From Gemmatimonadales bacterium (GTDB lineage: Bacteria > Gemmatimonadota > Gemmatimonadetes > Gemmatimonadales > GWC2-71-9), in contig JBBQFH010000013.1 of assembly GCA_038321865.1 (NCBI GenBank), positions 1 through 64,000 on the forward strand: a stretch of 64,000 nt of DNA, in the 5' to 3' direction. Numbering within the stretch: the stretch's first letter is position 1; each line of letters opens with the position of its first letter. Under the pieces are notes generated by a model. The model did no database searches, had not been told where the DNA came from, and saw nothing but the letters and a program-made list of their open reading frames with translations. Position numbers and translations under genes: made by a program. Of the stretch, positions 9,601 through 16,763 are shown piece after piece.

Positions 9601-10135
9601 TCAGCGCCTCGATCAGCGGCCCGACGGCGCGGGGGTCGGCGATCCGGGCCAGCGCGCGCAGCGCGATGTCGCGGACATCGGCGTCCTCGGTCCGGGTGGC
9701 CTGCACCGTGTCGAGCAGCACCGGCACCGCTTTGGCGCTTCCCACCCGCCCGAGAAGCTCGGCGGCAAAGGCGCGCTCGCGCCACCGCCGGGCGCGCCGC
9801 AGCCGTTCGATGTACTTGTCCACCAGGGCGAGCCGGTCGTACGCGTCGAGCAGCCAGGCGGGGCGGTCGGTCGAGCTGCGCGCCTGCTCTTCGAGGACGG
9901 CTTCGAGTGCTTCGAGATCGTAGAGCGTCCCGGCGCGGAGGATCGCGGGATTCAGCAGCTCGCGCTCGGATTGTGCCAGGCCGGCGACGAGGTCGCGATA
10001 CAGCCCCTTCCGCACGGCCAGCCGGCGCTCGAGCCGTGTCAGGTACGCCGTGTAGAAGAACCATGTGGCGATCGCCACGACACCCAGTGCGACCATCGAG
10101 GCCGCCGCCATCAGGATGATCGTGAGCGCGCTCAT
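6653..10135 (-). CDS. Membrane-anchored HEAT/PBS-lyase repeat protein, 1160 aa
   Basis: N-terminal TM, then many L-x-D-P-x-x-x-V-R-x-x-A-A-x-A-L-G repeats to the C-terminus. Confidence 0.9.
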   Translation of the reverse strand: MSALTIILMAAASMVALGVVAIATWFFYTAYLTRLERRLAVRKGLYRDLVAGLAQSERELLNPAILRAGTLYDLEALEAVLEEQARSSTDRPAWLLDAYDRLALVDKYIERLRRARRWRERAFAAELLGRVGSAKAVPVLLDTVQATRTEDADVRDIALRALARIADPRAVGPLIEALRTSEVWLAPRIADILSRHGDLVVDPLIAFLEEPGRQPGRAWAANILGDVGAKRAFPVLVRTLGDLEDEVRGKAATSLGRLGDGRAVPYLLEHLLTDPAPFVRARIAGALGQFGDPDVIDRLVRALGDPAWWVRMRSVEALEQVGDAAEPALLVALDDPDHEIRSRSAIALERLGFLQRLLGTIDAAGPGDADEVLLKFAVAGARELLAELLVHASPAVRAATVRAAQRAGRADLAPELIRTAGADRDPTVRAGALDAIRALGLRDGVPAALTALVDPAEPVRTAAIRVLGELGGADVGPPLRLRTADPEPAVRATAARALGATRDRGAVDEFRRLLADPDQRVRAAAAAAVGEAGARALSDELIPLLGDTGSAVRVAAAGAIARTGGEGSVPALLRAFRDGDAALREAIVGAVAQLQPDAVRSLLDILVTGHDSASKLALIRALVMLKADAPLPLIGPLSQDPEPAVRIAAVGALGTLGTAGAAPYVADALEDPDEGVRAAAADAVFRLQLSDQAPALLDMLAHDPSALVRERSALAIGLLGAPGGAAALVAASGSGQPAALRAAAVLALGASEGETMLGRIGTMMDEGDVRALLQARLRDDPEYRLLGLRLRQSHSLELRALSASSREGVQAELAEGMRSTLEAPERVRLVAALTAFQGERSRDSLLGLLRGDPSAEVRAAALAAVVPMLEGDALLGAARAAVTDPSLLVRRAGIALLDRTDPAATLPAILRALRSDEDPAALADAAGRSEASFGAFETVARELMADERRVPVLVRLAAGMHHAGLAPLLHPLSESTSPVARATLAQLWVTRPDLADGRRLGALARDPVTAVRRQAARAAAAAGRYDVIATMLGDPDADTRRGIALLLVAAPGGEGLDELAADGDARVRAAVGVARILRGDADALPADVTPADAAEAVVDAGTLAELREAARSAPDERRRLAAGLALALVRDSVATDVVRTDPVPYVRGRVAAMLEWAGGA

Positions 10136-10142
10136 CGCCGCA

Positions 10143-11204
10143 TCACCGGCTCTCGTCCACGAAGACGAGCGCGTGCCGCCGGGCGACGACCTTCTGCAGC
10201 GCCGCGTGCACCGCCGGGTCGAGCACCGTACCGACCAGGTCCCGCATCCGCTCGACCGCCTCCTGCGGGCGCATCGGCTCCTGGTACGGCCGGGAGGTGG
10301 TCAGCGCATCGTAGATCTCGACGGTGCCGATCACCCGCGCGCCGAACGGGATCGCGTTACCGGCCAGGCGGTCGGGGTAGCCGAAGCCGTCCCACCGCTC
10401 GTGATGGCTGCGCACGCTGGCGATCGTGTCCGTCAGATGGACCAGCGGGCCGAGGATCTGCGATCCCACGACGACGTGCTGCTTGACATGCTCGAACTCC
10501 TCGTCGCTCAGCGGGCCGTGCTTGTTGAGGATGTCCTCGCGGATGCCGATCTTGCCGATGTCGTGCAGCCGGCCCGCGGTGCGCACGCGCTCGATTTCTT
10601 CGTCGGTCGCGCCCATCTCCGCCGCCACGGTCGCCGACAGGTCGGCGACGCGGGCGGAATGGCCGCGAAGGTAGGGGTCCTTCGCCTCCAGCGCGTTCAC
10701 CAGCGCCTCCAGCGTGGCGACCGAGATGCGCTCCAGGTTGGCCCGCTCGAGCCGCAGCTCGGCTGACCGCATGGCGACCTCTTCCTTGAGCATGCGGTTG
10801 ATCTGGCGATCCTCGATCATCGCCGCGCGCTTCTCGAGCGCCCGCGCGATCGCCCGGCCCAGGACGGCCAGGTCCACCGGCTTGGTGAGATAGTCCATCG
10901 CGCCCCGCTGCATGCACAGCGCGGCGCTGGTGGCGTCGTTGTCGGCGGTGAGCATGAGCAGCGCGGCCGTCGGCTCGACCTCCAGCAACCGGGGCACCAG
11001 ATCCACGCCGCTGGCATCGGGCAGATGCACGTCGAGCAGGAGGCAGGTGATCTTCTGCCGGCGGAGCACGGCGAGCGCTTCCTCGCCGGTCGCGGCCGCC
11101 GCAACTTCGTACCCCTGGTGGATGAGGAACCGCCCGATCGGGTTGCGGATCGACTCCTCGTCGTCCACGACGAGAACCGTCACGGGCCCGTCTGGCAGAG
11201 TCAC
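10143..11204 (-). CDS. Response regulator with HD-GYP cyclic-di-GMP phosphodiesterase domain (RpfG-like)
   Basis: REC (VVDDE, LLDVHLP, KP) plus KDPYLRGHSARV, LHDIGK and HHERWDGFGYP. Confidence 0.93.
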   Translation of the reverse strand: MTLPDGPVTVLVVDDEESIRNPIGRFLIHQGYEVAAAATGEEALAVLRRQKITCLLLDVHLPDASGVDLVPRLLEVEPTAALLMLTADNDATSAALCMQRGAMDYLTKPVDLAVLGRAIARALEKRAAMIEDRQINRMLKEEVAMRSAELRLERANLERISVATLEALVNALEAKDPYLRGHSARVADLSATVAAEMGATDEEIERVRTAGRLHDIGKIGIREDILNKHGPLSDEEFEHVKQHVVVGSQILGPLVHLTDTIASVRSHHERWDGFGYPDRLAGNAIPFGARVIGTVEIYDALTTSRPYQEPMRPQEAVERMRDLVGTVLDPAVHAALQKVVARRHALVFVDESR

Positions 11205-11236
11205 TGGAGCTCCGGAGGGCGGAGGAGGGTGCCCGG

Positions 11237-11266
11237 AAGCTAGGGCCGCGCCCCGCGGCCCGTCAA
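11237..11266 (-). promoter_or_regulatory. Sigma70-like promoter TTGACG-N18-TAGCTT for the HD-GYP/HEAT/GT2 operon; the spacer is palindromic
   Basis: CGTCAA at 11261-66 and AAGCTA at 11237-42 on the + strand; GGGCCGCG-ccc-CGCGGCCC at 11243-61. Confidence 0.55.
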
Positions 11267-11277
11267 GAAAAAACAGC

Positions 11278-12120
11278 TCAGCCGACGAACTGTACCTCGA
11301 CCCGTTCGGGAATCACGCCGGCCTCGAAGGCCCGATCGAGCAGCGTCTGCACCGCCGCGCGGCCACGCGGCCCGTAATCCACCGTCCACTCGTTCACGTA
11401 CATCCCGACGAAGGTGTCGGTGCGCTCGTCACCGATACCGCGGTTGAACTGCTTGGCGTGCGCCAGTGCGGGCGCCCGATTCTCGAGCCCGTAGACGATG
11501 CTGGCGCGGAGGTCGCGCGCGATCTGCTCGATGACGGCGGCACCGAGGTCGCGGCGGACGACGTTGCCGCCCAGCGGCAGCGGCAGTCCCGTCTCCTCCA
11601 GCCACCACGCGCCGAGATCCTGCCAGAGCTCAAGCCCGTCGTCCGCGTAGGTGAGCTGGCCTTCGTGGATCAGGAGGCCGACCTCGACATCGCCCCGGTG
11701 CACCGCGGCCTCGATCTGGTCGAACGGCACCACCACGATGTCGACGTCGGGCTGGTACAGCCGGAGCGCGAGATACGCCGTGGTGAGCAGCCCCGGGACG
11801 GCGACCCGGCGGCCCTTGAGCGCGGCCCGCGGATCGACCGGGGCGGGGAGCTTCGACACCAGGCGCGGCCCGTACCCGTCACCCATCGAGCTGCCGGAGG
11901 CGAGCAGCGCGTAGTCCTTCGAGATGTAGGCGTACGCATGGATCGACACGGCCGTGACCTCGAGCTCGGCCCGCCGTGCGCGCTGATTGAGCGACTCGAT
12001 ATCCGACAGCTCGTGCACGTAGCGGAGGTCGCCGGTGTCCACCTTCCCCTCGGCGAGTGCGTAGAACATGAACGCATCGTCGGAGTCGGGGCTGTGGGCG
12101 ACGCGGATCGTCCGGGGCAT
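11278..12120 (-). CDS. mqnD: 1,4-dihydroxy-6-naphthoate synthase (futalosine menaquinone pathway)
   Basis: HSPDSDDAFMFYAL, DIESLN, GDGYGP, PGLLTTAYL, IHEGQLTY, LPLPLG and YVNEWT motifs. Confidence 0.88.
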   Translation of the reverse strand: MPRTIRVAHSPDSDDAFMFYALAEGKVDTGDLRYVHELSDIESLNQRARRAELEVTAVSIHAYAYISKDYALLASGSSMGDGYGPRLVSKLPAPVDPRAALKGRRVAVPGLLTTAYLALRLYQPDVDIVVVPFDQIEAAVHRGDVEVGLLIHEGQLTYADDGLELWQDLGAWWLEETGLPLPLGGNVVRRDLGAAVIEQIARDLRASIVYGLENRAPALAHAKQFNRGIGDERTDTFVGMYVNEWTVDYGPRGRAAVQTLLDRAFEAGVIPERVEVQFVG

Positions 12121-12957
12121 CTACACCCCCGCCTTCCGCTTGAACTCGTCGATGAGGCTGGAATGGTCGGCATATTCGGCGCGCCGGGCCGCGTTCTCGG
12201 CGGCGTAGTGCGCCCGGAATCCGGCGTAGGCCGCGCGCAGCGCGGTGCTGTCGCCCTGGAATTCGGCGATATCGGCGCGAACGATGTAGGCCAGCAGATA
12301 GCCGGGCGTCTTCGCCAGCATCGTGTCGGTCAGGGCCCGCGCCTCGGCCAGCTGGCCCACCTGTGCGTGCAGCACGGCGGCATGATAGCGCTCGTCGTTG
12401 CTGACGCTGTCGAGCTGGGTGTAGGCGCCGAGGGCCATCGGCGTGAAGTTGACCACCGTCGTCGTGTCGCCGCGCGCCGCGGCGTCCATGATGCGGTTGT
12501 CCAGGCGAAGAAAACGCTCGGCCGGGCTCAGCTGGCTGATGTCCGGCGCCTTGCCGGTGGGCAGTCCGCCGCCCGGATCCCCGCCGCCGCCGCCGGTGCC
12601 GGCGGGCGCGGAGTTGCCGGCGTTCGCCATGTCCGGTGCGGCCGCGGCCGGCCGATCGCGAACCACCTTATAGACGATCAGCAGCAACAGCAGCGTGACC
12701 GCGGCTCCCGCCACCAGCCATGCCGTGCGCTCCGATCGGCGGGCCGGGAGCGGCTGGCGGCCGGCCCATCCCGCGCCGACAGCGCCGGCGCCCGGCGCCG
12801 GCTGGCCGCAGCGGTGACAGAAACGCGCCTGGGGGGAGAGCGACGCCTGGCAGGCCGAACAGGCCCTTGGCCCGGCCGGGGCACCGCAGGCGCTGCAGAA
12901 TCGGCCTGCAATGGGAGCGCCGCAGGCGGCGCAGGCGGGGGGTGCAGGCTCGGTCAC
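12121..12957 (-). CDS. Double zinc-ribbon membrane protein with helical/TPR-like C-terminus
   Basis: Four CxxC knuckles (CAAC, CSAC, CSAC, CHRC), a single TM, a Gly/Pro linker and a helical C-terminal domain. Confidence 0.75.
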   Translation of the reverse strand: MTEPAPPACAACGAPIAGRFCSACGAPAGPRACSACQASLSPQARFCHRCGQPAPGAGAVGAGWAGRQPLPARRSERTAWLVAGAAVTLLLLLIVYKVVRDRPAAAAPDMANAGNSAPAGTGGGGGDPGGGLPTGKAPDISQLSPAERFLRLDNRIMDAAARGDTTTVVNFTPMALGAYTQLDSVSNDERYHAAVLHAQVGQLAEARALTDTMLAKTPGYLLAYIVRADIAEFQGDSTALRAAYAGFRAHYAAENAARRAEYADHSSLIDEFKRKAGV

Positions 12958-13083
12958 GTGCGCTCCGGAAGGTGGGGAAGGGACTGGCCAAAATCTAATC
13001 GCCCGCCCGGGATTTCTCTCCCGCCACCCCTCCTAGCGCCGGTTCCGGCCCGGTGTTAGCATAAGCCAGCCTAGGAGACCTCC

Positions 13084-13389
13084 GTGGCCCATTCCCAGCA
13101 GCAGCATTTTGGCCCGCTCGCGACCGCGCTCTCAACTCAGGCAGAGCGCCATCTGGGTGACCTGGCCCGAAGCGACCGGAGCTGGAGCGTGTATCTCGAA
13201 ACCCGCCTCGACGCGTCGGCCGGGTCGCGCGGGCGCGCGTGCCTCACCGGCCGCCTCCACTTCGTGGACGGGATCCGCCGGCTGACCACCGCCTGGATCT
13301 TCGTGGCCGACAGCGATCCGGAGATCCTGGCGCGCTTCAACGAGTTCAGCCCCGCCGAGCTGTGGCGTCTGGCGGAGAGCCTGGCGTAG
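13084..13389 (+). CDS. Hypothetical protein, 101 aa
   Basis: AGGAG RBS before GTG; protein-like sequence (WSVYLET, GRLHF, TAWIF); fills the gap before glnA. Confidence 0.6.
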   Translation: MAHSQQQHFGPLATALSTQAERHLGDLARSDRSWSVYLETRLDASAGSRGRACLTGRLHFVDGIRRLTTAWIFVADSDPEILARFNEFSPAELWRLAESLA

Positions 13390-13411
13390 CGCACGGCAGT
13401 TTCTGCAGTGT

Positions 13412-13440
13412 TTGCACGATTCCGGCGGCGAACCTACATT
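13412..13440 (+). promoter_or_regulatory. Sigma70-like promoter TTGCAC-N17-TACATT, 7 nt before the glnA ATG (likely leaderless)
   Basis: Read directly from the sequence; no SD between the -10 and ATG 13448. Confidence 0.6.
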
Positions 13441-13447
13441 CGCCACC

Positions 13448-14827
13448 ATGCCCTCTCCCCAATCGCCCGCGCTCGCTGACTTTCCGTCCAATCTTTCCGG
13501 TGCGTCGAAAGCGGACATCCTGAAGCTCGCCGCGGCCTACGGCGTGGATTTTCTGCGGCTCCAGTTCACCGACATTCTCGGCGTCAACAAGAACGTCGAG
13601 GTGCCGCGGAGCCAGTTCGGCAAGGCGCTGGACGGCGAAATAATGTTCGACGGATCGTCGATCGAGGGGTTCGTCCGGATCGAGGAATCGGACATGCTCC
13701 TCAAGCCGGACCTCGGCACCTTCCGCATCCTTCCGAACGACGATGAAGGCGGCCGGGTCGCCCGGCTTTTGTGCGACATTCACACACCGGACGACGCGCC
13801 CTTTGCCGGCTGCCCGCGGCTCGCCCTCAAGCGCCAGCTCGAGCGCGCGGCCGCCATGGGGTATTCCATGATGGCAGGCTGCGAGGCGGAGTTTTTCCTG
13901 TTCGAGCGCGGGGCCGACGGCGGCCCCAGCACCGTGACGCATGACGATGCCGCCTATTTCGATCTCGGGCCGGTGGACAAGGGTGAAGAGATCCGGCGGG
14001 TGATCGTCGAGCAGCTGGTGCTGATGGGCTTCGAGGTCGAGGCGGCCCACCACGAGGTGGCGCGGGGCCAGCACGAAATCGATTTCCGCTATGCCGACGC
14101 GCTGACCACCGCCGACAATCTCGCCACCTTCAAGTTCATCGTCCGCAACGTCGCCAGCCGCTACGGCTACATCGCGTCGTTCATGCCCAAGCCGATCCAG
14201 GGCATCAACGGCAGCGGCATGCACACGCACCAGTCGCTGTTTCGCGGGCCGAAGGACAACGCCTTCTTCGATGCGAAGGCCGAGCACCAGCTGTCGGCGG
14301 TGGCGCTGAGCTACATCGAGGGCCTCCTGCAGCACGCACGCGGGTTCTGCGCCATCACCAATCCGCTGATCAACAGCTACAAGCGGCTGGTCCCCGGCTA
14401 CGAAGCGCCCGTCAACGTCGCATGGTCGATGCGGAACCGCTCGCCGCTGGTGCGCATTCCCGACCGGCGCGGCGCCGGCACGCGCTGCGAGCTCCGCATG
14501 CCCGACCCCAGCTGCAACCCCTACCTGGCGCTTGCGGTGCAGCTCGCCGCCGGGCTGGACGGCGTGGAACACGAGCTCGAGGCCCGCGAGCCGGTGAACC
14601 GGAACATTTTCCGGATGACCTACCGGGACCGGCGCAAATACCGGATCGACGAGCTGCCCCGTGACCTGCACGAGGCGCTGGAGCTGCTGGAGAAGGACGA
14701 CGTGGTGACGGCCGCGCTCGGCCCCCATCTCACCGAACGGTTTCTCGAGGCCAAGCGGGAAGAGGTGCTGCAGTACAACCTGCAGGTGAGCCAGTGGGAG
14801 ATCGACAGCTACCTCGGGCGGTACTGA
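13448..14827 (+). CDS. glnA: Glutamine synthetase type I
   Basis: FDGSSIEGFVRIEESDM, HHEVARGQHEI, FMPKP...NGSGMHTH, NSYKRLVPGYEAP, NRSPLVRIP and ELRMPDP motifs. Confidence 0.97.
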   Translation: MPSPQSPALADFPSNLSGASKADILKLAAAYGVDFLRLQFTDILGVNKNVEVPRSQFGKALDGEIMFDGSSIEGFVRIEESDMLLKPDLGTFRILPNDDEGGRVARLLCDIHTPDDAPFAGCPRLALKRQLERAAAMGYSMMAGCEAEFFLFERGADGGPSTVTHDDAAYFDLGPVDKGEEIRRVIVEQLVLMGFEVEAAHHEVARGQHEIDFRYADALTTADNLATFKFIVRNVASRYGYIASFMPKPIQGINGSGMHTHQSLFRGPKDNAFFDAKAEHQLSAVALSYIEGLLQHARGFCAITNPLINSYKRLVPGYEAPVNVAWSMRNRSPLVRIPDRRGAGTRCELRMPDPSCNPYLALAVQLAAGLDGVEHELEAREPVNRNIFRMTYRDRRKYRIDELPRDLHEALELLEKDDVVTAALGPHLTERFLEAKREEVLQYNLQVSQWEIDSYLGRY

Positions 14828-14830
14828 GGC

Positions 14831-15526
14831 TCACGGCCGGGACCGGAGCACCAGCCGGACCCGTCCGTAGCTGAGCGGCAGGTCGAGCTGGGCCGGAAGC
14901 CGCCGGGCATCGTCGGTCAGCCAGAGATCGCTCCTCGTTCCGGCCGACACGATTCGCACCAGCAGACAGGGCGCGCTGCTGCCGTCGCCCAGCACCACGC
15001 CCTCCCGCTCGGTGACGCTGACCGTGAGCGGATTGTAGCCGTTCTTGAAATAGCCCCGGAGGCTTCGGGTCTCGCCCACCCGGAGCGGCAGGGTCCGCAG
15101 ATAGTAGAGCATCGCCAGCTCGTCGAGCGGTGCGGCCGGCGTCACCCAGTCCTGACGCGAGCCGACCTCGCGATAGCGGAGCGAGTCGCCCACGATCTCG
15201 AAGTGATGCTCGTCGGTGCGGCCGGCGAGGGTGACGCGCCGGTCGAAGCGCCGCGACTGGAACGGCGCGCCGCCGGCCCGCGACGTCATCGCGTAGTCGG
15301 CACGGAGCCCTGGTGCCCCGCCGGTCCCGCTCATGGTGAAGACGAATACCCGTGCTCCCCGCACGCTTTCCATCCGGGTGACCGTCGTCGTCGCCGAGCC
15401 GGCGGACAGCCGGCCGATGCGGGCGTCGTAACGCAGCGTTTCCCCGACGCTGAAGGGAAGGGGCGCTGCCTGCCCGCTCGCGAGCAGCATGATCCCGAGG
15501 CCGATTCGCGTAAATTGCAGCATCAT
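14831..15526 (-). CDS. DUF3108-like secreted protein
   Basis: Signal-like N-terminus; PFSVGETLRY, PLDELAMLYYLRTLPL and LWLTDDARRLP motifs; start uncertain (15526, 15523 or 15490). Confidence 0.65.
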   Translation of the reverse strand: MMLQFTRIGLGIMLLASGQAAPLPFSVGETLRYDARIGRLSAGSATTTVTRMESVRGARVFVFTMSGTGGAPGLRADYAMTSRAGGAPFQSRRFDRRVTLAGRTDEHHFEIVGDSLRYREVGSRQDWVTPAAPLDELAMLYYLRTLPLRVGETRSLRGYFKNGYNPLTVSVTEREGVVLGDGSSAPCLLVRIVSAGTRSDLWLTDDARRLPAQLDLPLSYGRVRLVLRSRP

Positions 15527-16313
15527 GCCTGCTCCTCTTCCCGCGGCATTCCTGTTTGACCTGGACGGCACCCTCTACCAGGGTGACGCCGCACTGCCCG
15601 GCGCCGTGGGCACGATCGCATCCCTGCGGCGCCGCGGCATCCCCTTCCGGTGCGTGAGCAACACGACGAGCCGCTCCCGTGCGATGCTGGTCGAGCGGCT
15701 CGCGCGCTACGGCTTCGACATCGGGGCGGACGAGCTGTTCACCGCCACGCTCGCCGCTGCGGCGCTCGCCCGCGAGCGCGGGCACCGCCGCATCGCGCCC
15801 TTCCTGCCACCCGCGGCGCTCGCCGACCTGACCGGGTTCGACCTGGTCGGCGGCACGTCGGGCCATGCCCCAGCCCAGCCCGACGCGGTGCTCATCGGCG
15901 ATCTCGGCGAGGCCTGGTCGTACGCCCACATGCAGGAAGCGTTCGGCTGGCTCCTGGGCGGCGCGGATTTCCTCGCCTGCTCGCGCGACCGCTACTGGCA
16001 GCGCGGCCCGGAGACCGCGCTCGACTGCGGTCCCTTCGTCGTCGGGCTGGAATATGCCATCGGCCGGGCCGCCGCCGTGGCCGGAAAGCCCAGTGCGGGC
16101 TTCTTCCGGGCCGCGCTGGCGACCCTCGGTGACGTGCCGGCCGAGCGGGTCGCGATGATCGGCGACGATCTCTGGTCGGACGTCGCCGGCGCCCAGGCGG
16201 CGGGGCTGCAGGGCTGGCTCGTCCGTACCGGCAAGTTCCGGCCCGAGGCGCTCGCCGCCTCGGACATCGTGCCCGAGCGCGTCCTCGCCAGCGTCGCCGA
16301 CGTGACAGCGTGA
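15525..16313 (+). CDS. HAD-IIA hydrolase (LHPP/NagD-like phosphatase)
   Basis: FDLDGTLY, SNTT, GKP, MIGDDLWSDVAGA and VRTGKF motifs. Confidence 0.9.
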   Translation: MPAPLPAAFLFDLDGTLYQGDAALPGAVGTIASLRRRGIPFRCVSNTTSRSRAMLVERLARYGFDIGADELFTATLAAAALARERGHRRIAPFLPPAALADLTGFDLVGGTSGHAPAQPDAVLIGDLGEAWSYAHMQEAFGWLLGGADFLACSRDRYWQRGPETALDCGPFVVGLEYAIGRAAAVAGKPSAGFFRAALATLGDVPAERVAMIGDDLWSDVAGAQAAGLQGWLVRTGKFRPEALAASDIVPERVLASVADVTA

Positions 16314-16337
16314 GCGGATTCCTGTATTCTTTTCGGC

Positions 16338-16754
16338 ATGACCATCCCTGCCGATGAGGCCGTTCCGCCGCCGCCGCCGCCGCGCCGCCGCCGGTCGCGC
16401 GCGCCGTTCATCGTGGCGCTGGTGCTGCTGTCGCCGATCGTCCTGCTGGCGCTCTATACGCTGATGGCGCTCAACTGGTCCTACTCCGACGGCGATCGCT
16501 CGGGCTACCTCCAGAAGTTCTCCCGCAAGGGCTGGATCTGCAAAACCTACGAGGGTGAGCTGGCGATGTCGTCGGTGCCCGGCGTCGCGCCGACGATCTG
16601 GACGTTCAGCGTGCGGGACAAGACCGTGGTGAACGCGATGAACGCGAACCTCGGCCAGAAGGTCGTGCTCCACTACAACGAGCATCGCGGCATCCCGACG
16701 ACCTGCTTCGGCACCACCGACTATTACGTGGACAGCGTCCGCGCCGTGAAGTAG
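16338..16754 (+). CDS. Conserved membrane-anchored hypothetical protein
   Basis: TM followed by YSDGDRSGYLQKFSRKGWICKTYEGEL...FSVRD...LHYNEH...CFGTTDYYV; TATTCT 7 nt upstream of the ATG. Confidence 0.75.
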   Translation: MTIPADEAVPPPPPPRRRRSRAPFIVALVLLSPIVLLALYTLMALNWSYSDGDRSGYLQKFSRKGWICKTYEGELAMSSVPGVAPTIWTFSVRDKTVVNAMNANLGQKVVLHYNEHRGIPTTCFGTTDYYVDSVRAVK

Positions 16755-16763
16755 CCGTCCGCC

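Noticed and set aside
6653..10135. Repetitive-looking DNA in the HEAT gene
   Set aside because: Explained by degenerate protein-level HEAT repeats, not a DNA repeat element.
7754..13059. Long opposite-strand or alternate-frame ORFs (for example 7754-9376, 10912-13059; also 14730-16685, 36688-38796, 40804-42420, 50654-52387)
   Set aside because: They shadow well-supported genes, are Arg/Ala/Gly/Pro-rich without motifs, and are expected from stop-codon scarcity in high-GC DNA.
13393..13407. Possible sigma-54 promoter before glnA (CGGCAGTTTCTGCA)
   Set aside because: GG-to-GC spacing is 8 nt rather than the required 10; a sigma70-like promoter fits better.
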